A stretch of DNA of 61,959 nucleotides, the filler included. It is 5 parts of 5 records of this genome, joined end to end, with 100 filler letters (N's around TTAATTAATTAA, not from the genome) between each part and the next. Parts side by side here need not be neighbours in the genome. Positions count along the whole stretch, not along the records: positions 1 to 16,830 come from SRR22947727_6018; positions 16,931 to 32,294 come from SRR22947727_6019; 3 more parts are not named here. The stretch is one strand, 5' to 3'. Position numbers and translations under genes: made by a program. Below, in pieces: positions 9,419-18,077 of the stretch; the stretch's first letter is position 1; each line of letters begins with the position of its first letter. Below the pieces are notes generated by a model. It saw only the letters and a list, made by a program, of their open reading frames with translations. It did no database searches and was not told the origin of the DNA.

Positions 9419-9775
9419 ATGTTTGACCCAACAAAACCAATTGTCACCTTGACCGAAGCTGCGACCGGCCATGTTCATCGTTTGATGGCGCGGGCTGACA
9501 ATGATGTGATTGGTCTTCGTGTCGGGGTAAAAACGGCTGGCTGTTCGGGCATGCAATATGATGTTCAATTTGCCACCGAGCAAAAGCCATTTGAAGATAA
9601 AATCGAACAGGACGGTGTGACCTTATTTATTGACCCAACCGCCGTGATGTTTTTGATTGGCTCGCAAATGGATTGGCAGGAAGATAAGTTTTCCGCCAAA
9701 TTTGTTTTCAGTAATCCCAATGAAATTGCCCGCTGTGGCTGTGGTGAAAGCTTTTCAGTTGCAACACCATCCTAA
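9419..9775 (+). CDS. sufA: A-type Fe-S carrier (SufA/IscA)
   Basis: GCSGMQY and NPN...CGCGESF. Confidence 0.92.
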   Translation: MFDPTKPIVTLTEAATGHVHRLMARADNDVIGLRVGVKTAGCSGMQYDVQFATEQKPFEDKIEQDGVTLFIDPTAVMFLIGSQMDWQEDKFSAKFVFSNPNEIARCGCGESFSVATPS

Positions 9776-9808
9776 ACCCTAGCGCGTTTTAACGATTGTA
9801 AGGCAGCT

Positions 9809-11638
9809 ATGGCTTCGTCCAATTTACGCAAAACGGGGTCGCTTCTTCGTGCGCTGATGCATTACACCGCCCCGCGTGGTGATAATAAAATCCGTGTGCG
9901 GATTGGTGCTGCCTTTGCCTGTCTTGTTGCGGCGAAAAGCTCGAACATGGTCACTCCGCTTTTGTATGGGGCGGCGGTTGATCTGGTGAATGGCGATTCT
10001 GGCTTTGCCATGTCGGCTTTGATGTTTCTTGTTGGTGGCTATGCGTTGGCGCGGCTTGGCCAGCAGGTGTTTAGCGAGGCCAAACAATATCTTTTTGCCA
10101 AGGTGGCACAACGCGCTGTTCGTGGCGCGGCATTGAACGCCTTTCGCTATCTTCATAAATTATCGCTTCAATTCCACATGGATCGCCAAACTGGCGGCAT
10201 GACCCGTGCGATTGATCGCGGTGCCAAGGGGATTGAATTTCTACTGACGATCGCCTTTTTCGAGGTTTTGCCGCTTTTTGTCGAAGTGGCGTTTGTCAGC
10301 ATGATCATGTGGCATTTATTTGGTGGGTTTTACGCGGGTGTTACCTTTTTAACCGTTGCGGCCTATGTCTATTTCACCATTCGCGTCACCGAATGGCGGA
10401 TCAGGTTTCGCCGTGAAATGAACACGGCTGATGAAGCCGCTGCAACCCGCGCAGTTGATTCCTTGCTGAATTACGAAACTGTCAAATATTTCAATGCTGA
10501 AGATGTTGAGGCAGCGCGCTATGATTCGGCGATGGCCGATTATGAGGTAATGGCGGTTCGGTCAAGCACATCGCTGTCAGTCGTTAATATTGGGCAGGGA
10601 ACCATCATTGCATTTGGCCTAATGGCGGTTATGGCAATGGCGGGTGCTGATATTCAAAAGGGCAATTTGACCGTTGGCGATTTTGTTGCGGTGAATACCT
10701 ATCTTTTGCAGCTTTATCTGCCGCTTAATTTCCTTGGCTGGGTGTATCGTGAATTGCGCCAAGCGCTTGTTGATATGGAACGGATGTTTGGCTTGCTTGA
10801 TGAAGAACCGGGCATTGCCGACAAGCCAGCGGCAAAACCGATCAAGATTGATGGTGGCGAGCTGATTTTTGACAATGTGCATTTTGCCTATGGTGACCGA
10901 CCAATTTTAAAAGGCGTCAGCTTTACCGTTAGGCCCGGTAAACGTGTTGCGATTGTCGGGCCAAGCGGGTCGGGAAAAACCACCATTTCACGGCTATTAT
11001 TCCGGTTTTATGATCCGGTATCGGGCGCGGTTCGTCTTGATGGGCAGGATCTTCGCGATGTAACGCAGGCCAGCGTTCGTGCGGCCATTGGTGTGGTGCC
11101 ACAAGATACGGTGATGTTCAATTCAACGATTGGCTATAATATTGGCTATGGGCGCAATGGTGCGAGCCAAAACGATATTGCCGCAGCGTCAAAAATGGCC
11201 TCGATTGACCAATTCATTGCTGGTTTGCCTGATGGCTATGACACGATGGTTGGGGAACGCGGACTGAAATTATCCGGCGGTGAAAAACAGCGTGTTGCGA
11301 TTGCGCGCGCCATTTTGAAAAAACCGTCAATCTTTTTGTTTGATGAGGCAACCTCGGCATTGGATAGCCGCACTGAAAAAGAAATCCAGCATGCGCTTGA
11401 TACTGTGTCGAAAAGTCAAACCACCTTGGTAATTGCGCATCGGCTATCGACAATTGTGAATGCTGATGAAATTATCGTCCTTGCCGAAGGCGAAATTATC
11501 GAGCGCGGAACCCATCGCCAGCTTTTGTCGCAAAAAGGGTTATATGCGCAAATGTGGGAACGCCAATCATCAGGGTTTCACGATGATGAACTGCCATCTA
11601 ACATCATGCATGACAAAGCCGGTTTGCAGGGGGTTTAG
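9809..11638 (+). CDS. ABCB-type exporter, Atm1/HMT1 family
   Basis: DRQTGGMTRAIDRG, DSLLNYETVKYFN, PLNFLGWVYRE, Walker A GPSGSGKT, GERGLKLSGGEKQR. Confidence 0.92.
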   Translation: MASSNLRKTGSLLRALMHYTAPRGDNKIRVRIGAAFACLVAAKSSNMVTPLLYGAAVDLVNGDSGFAMSALMFLVGGYALARLGQQVFSEAKQYLFAKVAQRAVRGAALNAFRYLHKLSLQFHMDRQTGGMTRAIDRGAKGIEFLLTIAFFEVLPLFVEVAFVSMIMWHLFGGFYAGVTFLTVAAYVYFTIRVTEWRIRFRREMNTADEAAATRAVDSLLNYETVKYFNAEDVEAARYDSAMADYEVMAVRSSTSLSVVNIGQGTIIAFGLMAVMAMAGADIQKGNLTVGDFVAVNTYLLQLYLPLNFLGWVYRELRQALVDMERMFGLLDEEPGIADKPAAKPIKIDGGELIFDNVHFAYGDRPILKGVSFTVRPGKRVAIVGPSGSGKTTISRLLFRFYDPVSGAVRLDGQDLRDVTQASVRAAIGVVPQDTVMFNSTIGYNIGYGRNGASQNDIAAASKMASIDQFIAGLPDGYDTMVGERGLKLSGGEKQRVAIARAILKKPSIFLFDEATSALDSRTEKEIQHALDTVSKSQTTLVIAHRLSTIVNADEIIVLAEGEIIERGTHRQLLSQKGLYAQMWERQSSGFHDDELPSNIMHDKAGLQGV

Positions 11639-11643
11639 CCATA

Positions 11644-12666
11644 ATGTTTGATTGGGCGCGTTCGGCGGGTTTGCCAATGCTTGGTGGCCATGACTTTTAT
11701 GTCTATCATCGTGATGCGTCGGTTCGGGCGCATTTCTGGCCAGCCGGTCAGGCCGCGCGGGATCTGGATGAAAAATATGTTGTTCAAGCCACTGCGCCTG
11801 CCCCGTCAAACGCGCATAAAACCATTGTCATCCTTCCCGGATTTACCGAATTTTGCGAAAAATACAGTGCCGAAGTCCTGCATTTCCATGAAAAGGGCTA
11901 TCACGTTTTGATCATTGATTGGCCCGGACAAGGTCAGTCAGGCCATTTTGGCCGACATCCGCTTGCGGTTCATTGTACCGATTTTGATCATCACCTATCG
12001 GCGCTTGATGCGGTGATTTCGGCTGTTGGTCTGGATGGGCATGAACTCGTGCTTTTTGGCCATTCGATGGGCGGGCATTTTGCGCTCCGCTATGCCGCAT
12101 GGCGCCCCTATAAGGTCGCGGCGGTAATCTTGTCGGCACCAATGATGGCTCCGCCAGTCATGCCGGTCTGGCTAATTAGGCTAACCAGCTACGTTCTTGG
12201 TAGTCTTGGTCTTGCCCGATCGCACCCCCCATTTCACCGCGTATTGTCTTTGGACTGGGTGCGGCATTACCGGCCGGAAAATGTGCTGACGCGATATCCA
12301 AAAGGATATGAGGATCAATTTGTTTGGTTCGATGATGCGCCCGAATTGCGCCGCAGCGGGCCAACCATTGGCTGGGTTAGCGCGGCCTATCACTCTTGTG
12401 CGCTTTATACGTTAAATCCCGACTGGTTAGCCGCGCTTGATTTGCCGGTTCTGGCTTTTGTGGCTGGTGATGAGCGTGTTGTCTTTGCGCCAGCAACCGA
12501 TAGCAGTCTTTCCCATATCAGAAATCTTGAGCGTATTGTCTTTGATGGTGCGCGGCATGAATTAACCCGCGAATTGCCCGAAGTAACCGACGCTTTATGG
12601 CATCATGTTGATCTTTTTTTAGCGCGGCTTGACACCGCCTATAGCTATGAGATTGACGATAATTAG
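11644..12666 (+). CDS. Alpha/beta hydrolase, lysophospholipase L2 (PldB)-like
   Basis: PGFTEFCEKY, DWPGQGQS, GHSMGG nucleophile elbow, GARHEL. Confidence 0.88.
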   Translation: MFDWARSAGLPMLGGHDFYVYHRDASVRAHFWPAGQAARDLDEKYVVQATAPAPSNAHKTIVILPGFTEFCEKYSAEVLHFHEKGYHVLIIDWPGQGQSGHFGRHPLAVHCTDFDHHLSALDAVISAVGLDGHELVLFGHSMGGHFALRYAAWRPYKVAAVILSAPMMAPPVMPVWLIRLTSYVLGSLGLARSHPPFHRVLSLDWVRHYRPENVLTRYPKGYEDQFVWFDDAPELRRSGPTIGWVSAAYHSCALYTLNPDWLAALDLPVLAFVAGDERVVFAPATDSSLSHIRNLERIVFDGARHELTRELPEVTDALWHHVDLFLARLDTAYSYEIDDN

Positions 12667-13036
12667 CCGGTTTTTTCAGTGCTATTAGCGTTTTCGCCGC
12701 CGTTGGGGCCGAAAAACATCACCCATGTCGACATTGTGTCGCCGAAATCGGTAAAGCGATGCGGCAGGCCGGTTGGCACAAACAAGAAATCACCTGGGCT
12801 AAATGATATATTTTCATCACCATTTCGAAGTTTTCATGACCTTCGATGATGACATAGCATTCGTCGCGATCATGCGGTTTTTGATGATCGGTTGTCATGG
12901 GTTGATACACTTCGACAACAAGGCTGCCATGCGTGAATTAGATGCTGAATGGCGTGGTGTTTTCGCCGCAGCTGGCCTGTTTCAGGCTAAGCGCGCGCCT
13001 TGCCTGCGTCACGTCAAGATGCTTTGCCTTTGTCAT
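12663..13036 (-). pseudogene. Cupin-domain pseudogene (one nonsense codon plus one frameshift)
   Basis: Manual translation: MTKAKHL...PFSI*FTHGSLVVEVYQP...QKPHDRDECYVIIEG, frameshift near 12820-12826, then GDENISFSPGDFLFVPTGLPHRFTDF...TWVMFFGPNGGE; both cupin metal motifs present. Confidence 0.8.
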
Positions 13037-13136
13037 GACCATCACCATGCTTTGAAAAACTGCATGGGTAGGATATCAAAAGCGTCTTAAAATTTGATTA
13101 AATTTGCATCATATTTTGGCTCAAGACCATCACGGC

Positions 13137-13901
13137 TCAGGTTAGGAATTGTTCTCTTGTGGCGCGCTCGGACAGCGAAAAGCCCGGATCATATAAAAGC
13201 TTAAGCGTAATATCATTGGCCTGTTCAACAGCAACGCGGGTCACATGCCGAATTTCGGCGCTATCAGCGCTGGCGCTTACAGGACGGAATTCATGTTCAA
13301 GAACATCAAGGATCACTTTTGATACATCGGGCAATAATGCACCCCGCCAGCGCCGTGGCCGAAAAGCCGAAATTGGCGTTAGCGCCATTAACCCGCCGCC
13401 AAGCGGGATGACCGGACCTTGTGCTGATAAATTATAAGCAGTTGATCCTGCTGGGGTTGCAACAAGAATACCGTCACAAACAAGGCATTCCATTTGCTGT
13501 TTATCATTCACCGAAATGGCGATATGCGCCGCATTATGCGTTTGCCGTAATAATGACACTTCATTGATTGCCAATGCGTCATGCGTGCTGCCATCGCGTG
13601 CGGTTGCGGTCATCCGCAACGGATGCAAAGGAGCGGTTTCGGCAGCGGCAACCCGATCAGGCAAATCATCATTTTCGTAATTATTCATCAAAAACCCAAG
13701 CCGCCCGCAATTCATGCCAAAAACAGGCAAGCCATATGACAATGAATCCTGCAACACATGCAACATATGCCCATCACCGCCCAGCGCAACAATATGGGTC
13801 GCGTCCTCGATTTTGGTCTGACCATAAAGTCCGGTCAACTGCGTAAGGCGAAGTTTGGCCTCATCATGTTCAGAAGCGCTAAAATGGAGTTTCATGACCA
13901 C
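13137..13901 (-). CDS. nadK: NAD kinase
   Basis: ALGGDG, GRLGFLMN, AINEVSL, DGILVATPAGSTAYNLSA. Confidence 0.95.
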   Translation of the reverse strand: MVMKLHFSASEHDEAKLRLTQLTGLYGQTKIEDATHIVALGGDGHMLHVLQDSLSYGLPVFGMNCGRLGFLMNNYENDDLPDRVAAAETAPLHPLRMTATARDGSTHDALAINEVSLLRQTHNAAHIAISVNDKQQMECLVCDGILVATPAGSTAYNLSAQGPVIPLGGGLMALTPISAFRPRRWRGALLPDVSKVILDVLEHEFRPVSASADSAEIRHVTRVAVEQANDITLKLLYDPGFSLSERATREQFLT

Positions 13902-14018
13902 CTGCTATCATAGGACCAATGGTTGGGATAATCTTAATGCATGGCTTATCATAGAGTTTTTGCCGCTCAAAGGCAAAACCACTTGCCAATTGGCACTGAT
14001 ATCGGCCATCTTCACCGA

Positions 14019-14900
14019 ATGAGCAATTCCCCATTTCTAATTCAGCCAAATCCAGATACCCCCGGCCTGTCACAGCCAGTTGAGGGGGTCAATGAAACCG
14101 GTCAGCCAGTTACCTTGCCCGTGGTGACGGAAAAACCCATCACCTTGTTTTTGAACCGCCAAGAAATTGTGACCTCAATGACGCTTGGTGACTGGGTGCC
14201 GGAACTGGCCGTTGGCTATTTCTTGAACCAGAACATGCTTCAGCGCGATGATGAAATCACCGGCATTGATGTTGATGATGATCTTGGCGTGGTGATTGTG
14301 CGCACTGCGCGCGAAACCGATTTTGAAGCCAAGATGAAACGGAAAATCCGCACTAGCGGCTGTGCTGAAGGCACCGCCTATGGCGATATGATGGAACGGT
14401 TTGACGATATCGCGCTTGATAGGGATGCCCGTTTCAATGCCAGTTGGCTAATCGAACTGTCAAAAGCAATCAATACCGCGCCAAGCCTTTATTTAAGTGC
14501 TGGTGCCATTCATGGCTGTGTGCTGTGCCAGAAAAATCGGCCGCTTGTCTATATGGAAGATATCGGGCGGCATAATGCGGTTGATAAGATTGCTGGCTGG
14601 ATGTTTTTGAATAACGCATCACCGCATGACAAGGTGTTTTACACGACCGGACGGCTGACCACGGAAATGGTGATCAAAACCGTGCAAATGCAGATTCCGG
14701 TTTTGGTGTCGCGCTCGGGCTTTACCGCTGCGGCGGTTGATCTGGCACGGCAGGCGGGATTGACGCTGATTGGCCGCGCAAAGGGCAAAAGATTCATCGC
14801 TTTATCGGGCATTGAACGGATCATTTTTGACAGTGGTGATGCGGCTGATGTGGCCGACAGCCCATCACGTCAACGCGCCGCCCAGCAGGATGAACGCTAA
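14019..14900 (+). CDS. fdhD: Formate dehydrogenase accessory sulfurtransferase FdhD
   Basis: RTSGCAEG, GAIHGC, EDIGRHNAVDK, TGRLTTEMVIK, AVDLARQAGLTLIG; start placed at ATG 14019. Confidence 0.92.
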   Translation: MSNSPFLIQPNPDTPGLSQPVEGVNETGQPVTLPVVTEKPITLFLNRQEIVTSMTLGDWVPELAVGYFLNQNMLQRDDEITGIDVDDDLGVVIVRTARETDFEAKMKRKIRTSGCAEGTAYGDMMERFDDIALDRDARFNASWLIELSKAINTAPSLYLSAGAIHGCVLCQKNRPLVYMEDIGRHNAVDKIAGWMFLNNASPHDKVFYTTGRLTTEMVIKTVQMQIPVLVSRSGFTAAAVDLARQAGLTLIGRAKGKRFIALSGIERIIFDSGDAADVADSPSRQRAAQQDER

Positions 14901-15520
14901 TGACCCGAAAATCAGCAATCATATTGCTTGCCGGTGGGCAGGCGCGGCGCATGGGTGGCGGCGATAAAAACCTGATTGAATTGGCCGGTAAACCGGTTTT
15001 GCGCCATGTTCTTGACCGTGTTGATTTTGCCAACCGGCCGATCATGCTGAACGCAAATGGTGATCCGGCGCGCTATGCCGATTTTGGCTTGCCGGTTTGC
15101 GCTGATGTGATTGACGGTTATGCAGGGCCATTGGCGGGCATTTTGACCGGCCTTGAATGGGTCGCGGCAAATCAGGCTGTTTGCACCCATATGGTCAGCC
15201 TTGCCACCGACGCGCCTTTTTTGCCAATTGATTTGATTGCGCGGCTTGAATCGGCGCTTGATGATGGGGCTGATATTGCTCAGGCCATGTCATATACGCG
15301 CCGCCATCCGGTCTTTGCCATCTGGCCGGTGGCGCTGGCTGGTACGCTTCGCGAGGCGGTAATTGATGACGGATTACGCAAAATTGATGATTTTACCGCG
15401 CGCTATCATTGCGTGACGGTTGAATTTGCGGGAACGCCCGATCCTTTTATGAATTTAAACCGGCCTGATGATTTTGATCTGGCGATTGAATTTTTGGCCA
15501 AGCCATCGCAAGATGGGTAA
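14900..15520 (+). CDS. mobA: Molybdenum cofactor guanylyltransferase
   Basis: LAGGQARRMGGGDK, GPLAGILTGL, DAPFLP, FMNLNRPDD. Confidence 0.94.
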   Translation: MTRKSAIILLAGGQARRMGGGDKNLIELAGKPVLRHVLDRVDFANRPIMLNANGDPARYADFGLPVCADVIDGYAGPLAGILTGLEWVAANQAVCTHMVSLATDAPFLPIDLIARLESALDDGADIAQAMSYTRRHPVFAIWPVALAGTLREAVIDDGLRKIDDFTARYHCVTVEFAGTPDPFMNLNRPDDFDLAIEFLAKPSQDG

Positions 15521-15614
15521 CGCATCATAAAACTGACGCTGATCTGGCTTTTCGTCTCAAAACCGGTTATTAGACTGCTGTTCGACCTGTCAGGGCAAGA
15601 GGAGCCGCACGCGC

Positions 15615-16556
15615 ATGACCAATCAGGTAATTGCATCGGCAAAAACATTATTTTCTGCTTATCGCGAAGCCTTGACAGGCCTTGAGGCCGGTCTTGGGTT
15701 GGATTTTTCCAAAACCGTTGATTTAATGAAGGCCAGCACTGGCCATGTTGTTGTTTGTGGCATGGGGAAATCGGGCATTATTGGCCGAAAAATTTCAGCA
15801 ACATTGGCATCAACAGGAACACCATCATTGTTTTTGCATCCAGCCGAGGCCATTCATGGCGATCTTGGCATGGTGCGCCGCGGCGATATTGTGCTGTTGA
15901 TATCCAATTCGGGCAGTACCGAAGAAATTGTGCGGCTGTTGCCGGCGTTCAAAAGACTGAATGCACGATTGATTGCGATGACTGGTAATTCGTTAAGCAT
16001 CATTGCAACAAGTGCCGAAATCAGCCTTGATATCTCGGTTGATCGCGAAGCTTGCCCGTTGAATCTGGCACCGACAACATCCAGTCTAAATTCGCTTGTT
16101 CTTGGTGATGCGATTGCTGTTGCCCTGATGGAGGCGCGCGGCTTTCAAGAAAGCGACTTTGCCAACACCCATCCGGGCGGTGCGCTTGGTCGCCGGTTAT
16201 TGACGCGTGTTCGTGATAAGATGCGATCCCAGAACCTGCCTTTTGTCGATGCAACGGCGTCGGTTCAAGATGCGCTGTTGGTGATGACTGAAGGCCGTCT
16301 TGGGCTTGCATTGGTTGGCAGCCGTGAAAAATTATCCGGCGTGATCACCGATGGCGATTTACGCCGCTTGCTGGTCAATGGTGCCGATTTGAAAAGCACC
16401 AAGGTTTGTGATGTCGCCAGCTCAGTGCCATTAACGATTAGCCCTGAAGAGATGATGGGGGCGGCTGAGGCAAAAATGCTGGAATCGAGGGTGCAATGTC
16501 TTGTGGTGATTGCCGAGACTGGCCATGTCGATGGTGTGATCCAGATTTATGAATAG
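15615..16556 (+). CDS. kdsD: KpsF/GutQ family arabinose-5-phosphate isomerase (SIS + CBS)
   Basis: GMGKSG, STGTPS, EAIHGDLG, EACPLNLAPTTS, HPGGALG, ITDGDLRR. Confidence 0.92.
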   Translation: MTNQVIASAKTLFSAYREALTGLEAGLGLDFSKTVDLMKASTGHVVVCGMGKSGIIGRKISATLASTGTPSLFLHPAEAIHGDLGMVRRGDIVLLISNSGSTEEIVRLLPAFKRLNARLIAMTGNSLSIIATSAEISLDISVDREACPLNLAPTTSSLNSLVLGDAIAVALMEARGFQESDFANTHPGGALGRRLLTRVRDKMRSQNLPFVDATASVQDALLVMTEGRLGLALVGSREKLSGVITDGDLRRLLVNGADLKSTKVCDVASSVPLTISPEEMMGAAEAKMLESRVQCLVVIAETGHVDGVIQIYE

Positions 16557-16642
16557 GCATTTAGGCCGTTTTTCACGGTGATATCATCCGGTTTTAATCC
16601 AATTTTTTTCTACTAGCCTTTGTTTTTGGGCGGATAAATATT

Positions 16643-16830
16643 ATGAAGCTCGACGCCTTTGACTATAGCCTTCCCGCTGAAAAAATTGCCACAAAACCGG
16701 CTGATCCACGCGAATCTGCCCTTTTGCTTGACCTGTCAGGTGTTGGCATTACCGACCGCCATATTGGCGATATGCCAGCATTGCTTCGTGCGGATGATGT
16801 TTTGATTGTCAATAATACCCAAGTGATTCC
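16643..16830 (+). CDS. queA: S-adenosylmethionine:tRNA ribosyltransferase-isomerase, N-terminal fragment
   Basis: MKLDAFDYSLPAEKIATKPADPRES...DVLIVNNTQVI; truncated at contig end. Confidence 0.88.
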
Positions 16831-16930
16831 NNNNNNNNNNNNNNNNNNNNNNNNNNNNNNNNNNNNNNNNNNNNTTAATTAATTAANNNNNNNNNNNNNN
16901 NNNNNNNNNNNNNNNNNNNNNNNNNNNNNN
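16831..16930. other. Artificial contig spacer
   Basis: 44 N + TTAATTAATTAA (stops in all frames) + 44 N. Confidence 0.99.
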
Positions 16931-17344
16931 GGGGGGGGGCAAGACCGAGAACGGCTCATTGATGCCGTGCTCAGTGAAACCATCACAGCGATTTCAGTTC
17001 ATGCGGTGTCGCTCGATGACGAGGACATGCTGTTGCCCCCAGATCAGCGACCTCCAGGGCTCTGCGGCCATCACCTGGTTCTCCCCACTCTTTGGGATGC
17101 CCTCGTTCGGAAACGGAACACGTCAGTGGAACAACTCTGGCAGGCCTTGAGTTTTGGCCCATCGGCTCTAATCGATCAACCACCGGAAGAATTACGCCGC
17201 GGCAGTCGACGCTGGCTCCTCTTTGATCCCAACCATGAATGGACCGTCCGCCGGGACGACCCCCAAGCTCCCCGGGGGGCCAACATGCCGTACCTCGGTC
17301 AAGCGATGAAAGGACGCGTGATCGCCTGCGGACTTAATCGCTGA
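16931..17344 (+). CDS. Dihydroorotase-like protein, C-terminal fragment (non-catalytic PyrC'-type)
   Basis: ITAISVHA, PPGLCG, LWQALSFGPS, WLLFDP..W, ANMPYLGQAMKGRV. Confidence 0.75.
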   Translation, partial: GGGQDRERLIDAVLSETITAISVHAVSLDDEDMLLPPDQRPPGLCGHHLVLPTLWDALVRKRNTSVEQLWQALSFGPSALIDQPPEELRRGSRRWLLFDPNHEWTVRRDDPQAPRGANMPYLGQAMKGRVIACGLNR

Positions 17345-18026
17345 GGGGGCCAATACGAGCCGGAGGCCAGAACCGAAACACCGCCCGCCCAATGATTTGA
17401 TCATCGGGAAGGAAGGGTCCACCTGGCCAACGGCGGGCGTCCTGACTGTTCCTTCGGTTATCGCCAAGAACCACCACCTTGCCCTTCGGAACTGATGCAT
17501 AAAGCCCCTTGCAACCGGGCATCCCGCTATCGGTGATGCAGTAATTAGAGACGTAGGACTCCTCAAAACGCTTGCCGTTAATCGATACCTGCCCTTGAGC
17601 ATTCACCTCGATGACATCACCAGGCACGCCAACGACACGCTTAATCCATGCTTCGCACTCTGGATAACGCTGCAAAAGAACCCGATCGACGACCCAGCTC
17701 ACCCCTGGGAAGGTGACTAATCCACACTTCAAGGGATCCGGGCGGCCGGCATCTAACATCCAAACCGGGTCAAATGCCGTCGGTGAATTGAACACAACGA
17801 TGTCGCCTCGGCGGGGCGGCTTTGCTTTGTAGGAAAGCTTTTCAACGATCAATTTGTCGCCGACCTGCAGGCCTGGAAGCATCGATCCCGATGGGATGTA
17901 CCGCGCCTCAAAGGCAAACTGCCGAATCAGAAGATAAATGGAAACAGTGAATAGGAATGGAGCCCAGAACTCCCATATGGCACTGACTTTGCTTGACACA
18001 CCCGAAGGGTCTTTCTCCGCGTTCAA
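17334..18026 (-). CDS. lepB: Signal peptidase I
   Basis: ARYIPSGSMLPGLQVGDKL, IKRVVGVPGD, LGDNRRNSQDAR, IIGRA; start approximate (TTG). Confidence 0.93.
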   Translation of the reverse strand: MNAEKDPSGVSSKVSAIWEFWAPFLFTVSIYLLIRQFAFEARYIPSGSMLPGLQVGDKLIVEKLSYKAKPPRRGDIVVFNSPTAFDPVWMLDAGRPDPLKCGLVTFPGVSWVVDRVLLQRYPECEAWIKRVVGVPGDVIEVNAQGQVSINGKRFEESYVSNYCITDSGMPGCKGLYASVPKGKVVVLGDNRRNSQDARRWPGGPFLPDDQIIGRAVFRFWPPARIGPLSD

Positions 18027-18077
18027 TGTGGGCAAGCTCGATCTTTGCGCCCACGATAGGAGCAGCGTGCATCCGAC

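Noticed and set aside
12803-13090. 95-aa plus-strand ORF as the gene of this gap
   Set aside because: Antisense to a clearly recognisable cupin pseudogene
16875-16886. TTAATTAATTAA repeated four times in the window as a possible biological repeat
   Set aside because: Always centred in identical N-runs; an all-frame-stop contig linker
16931-16939. G9 run as a phase-variation tract
   Set aside because: It is at the very contig end, so it is unreliable and its context is missing
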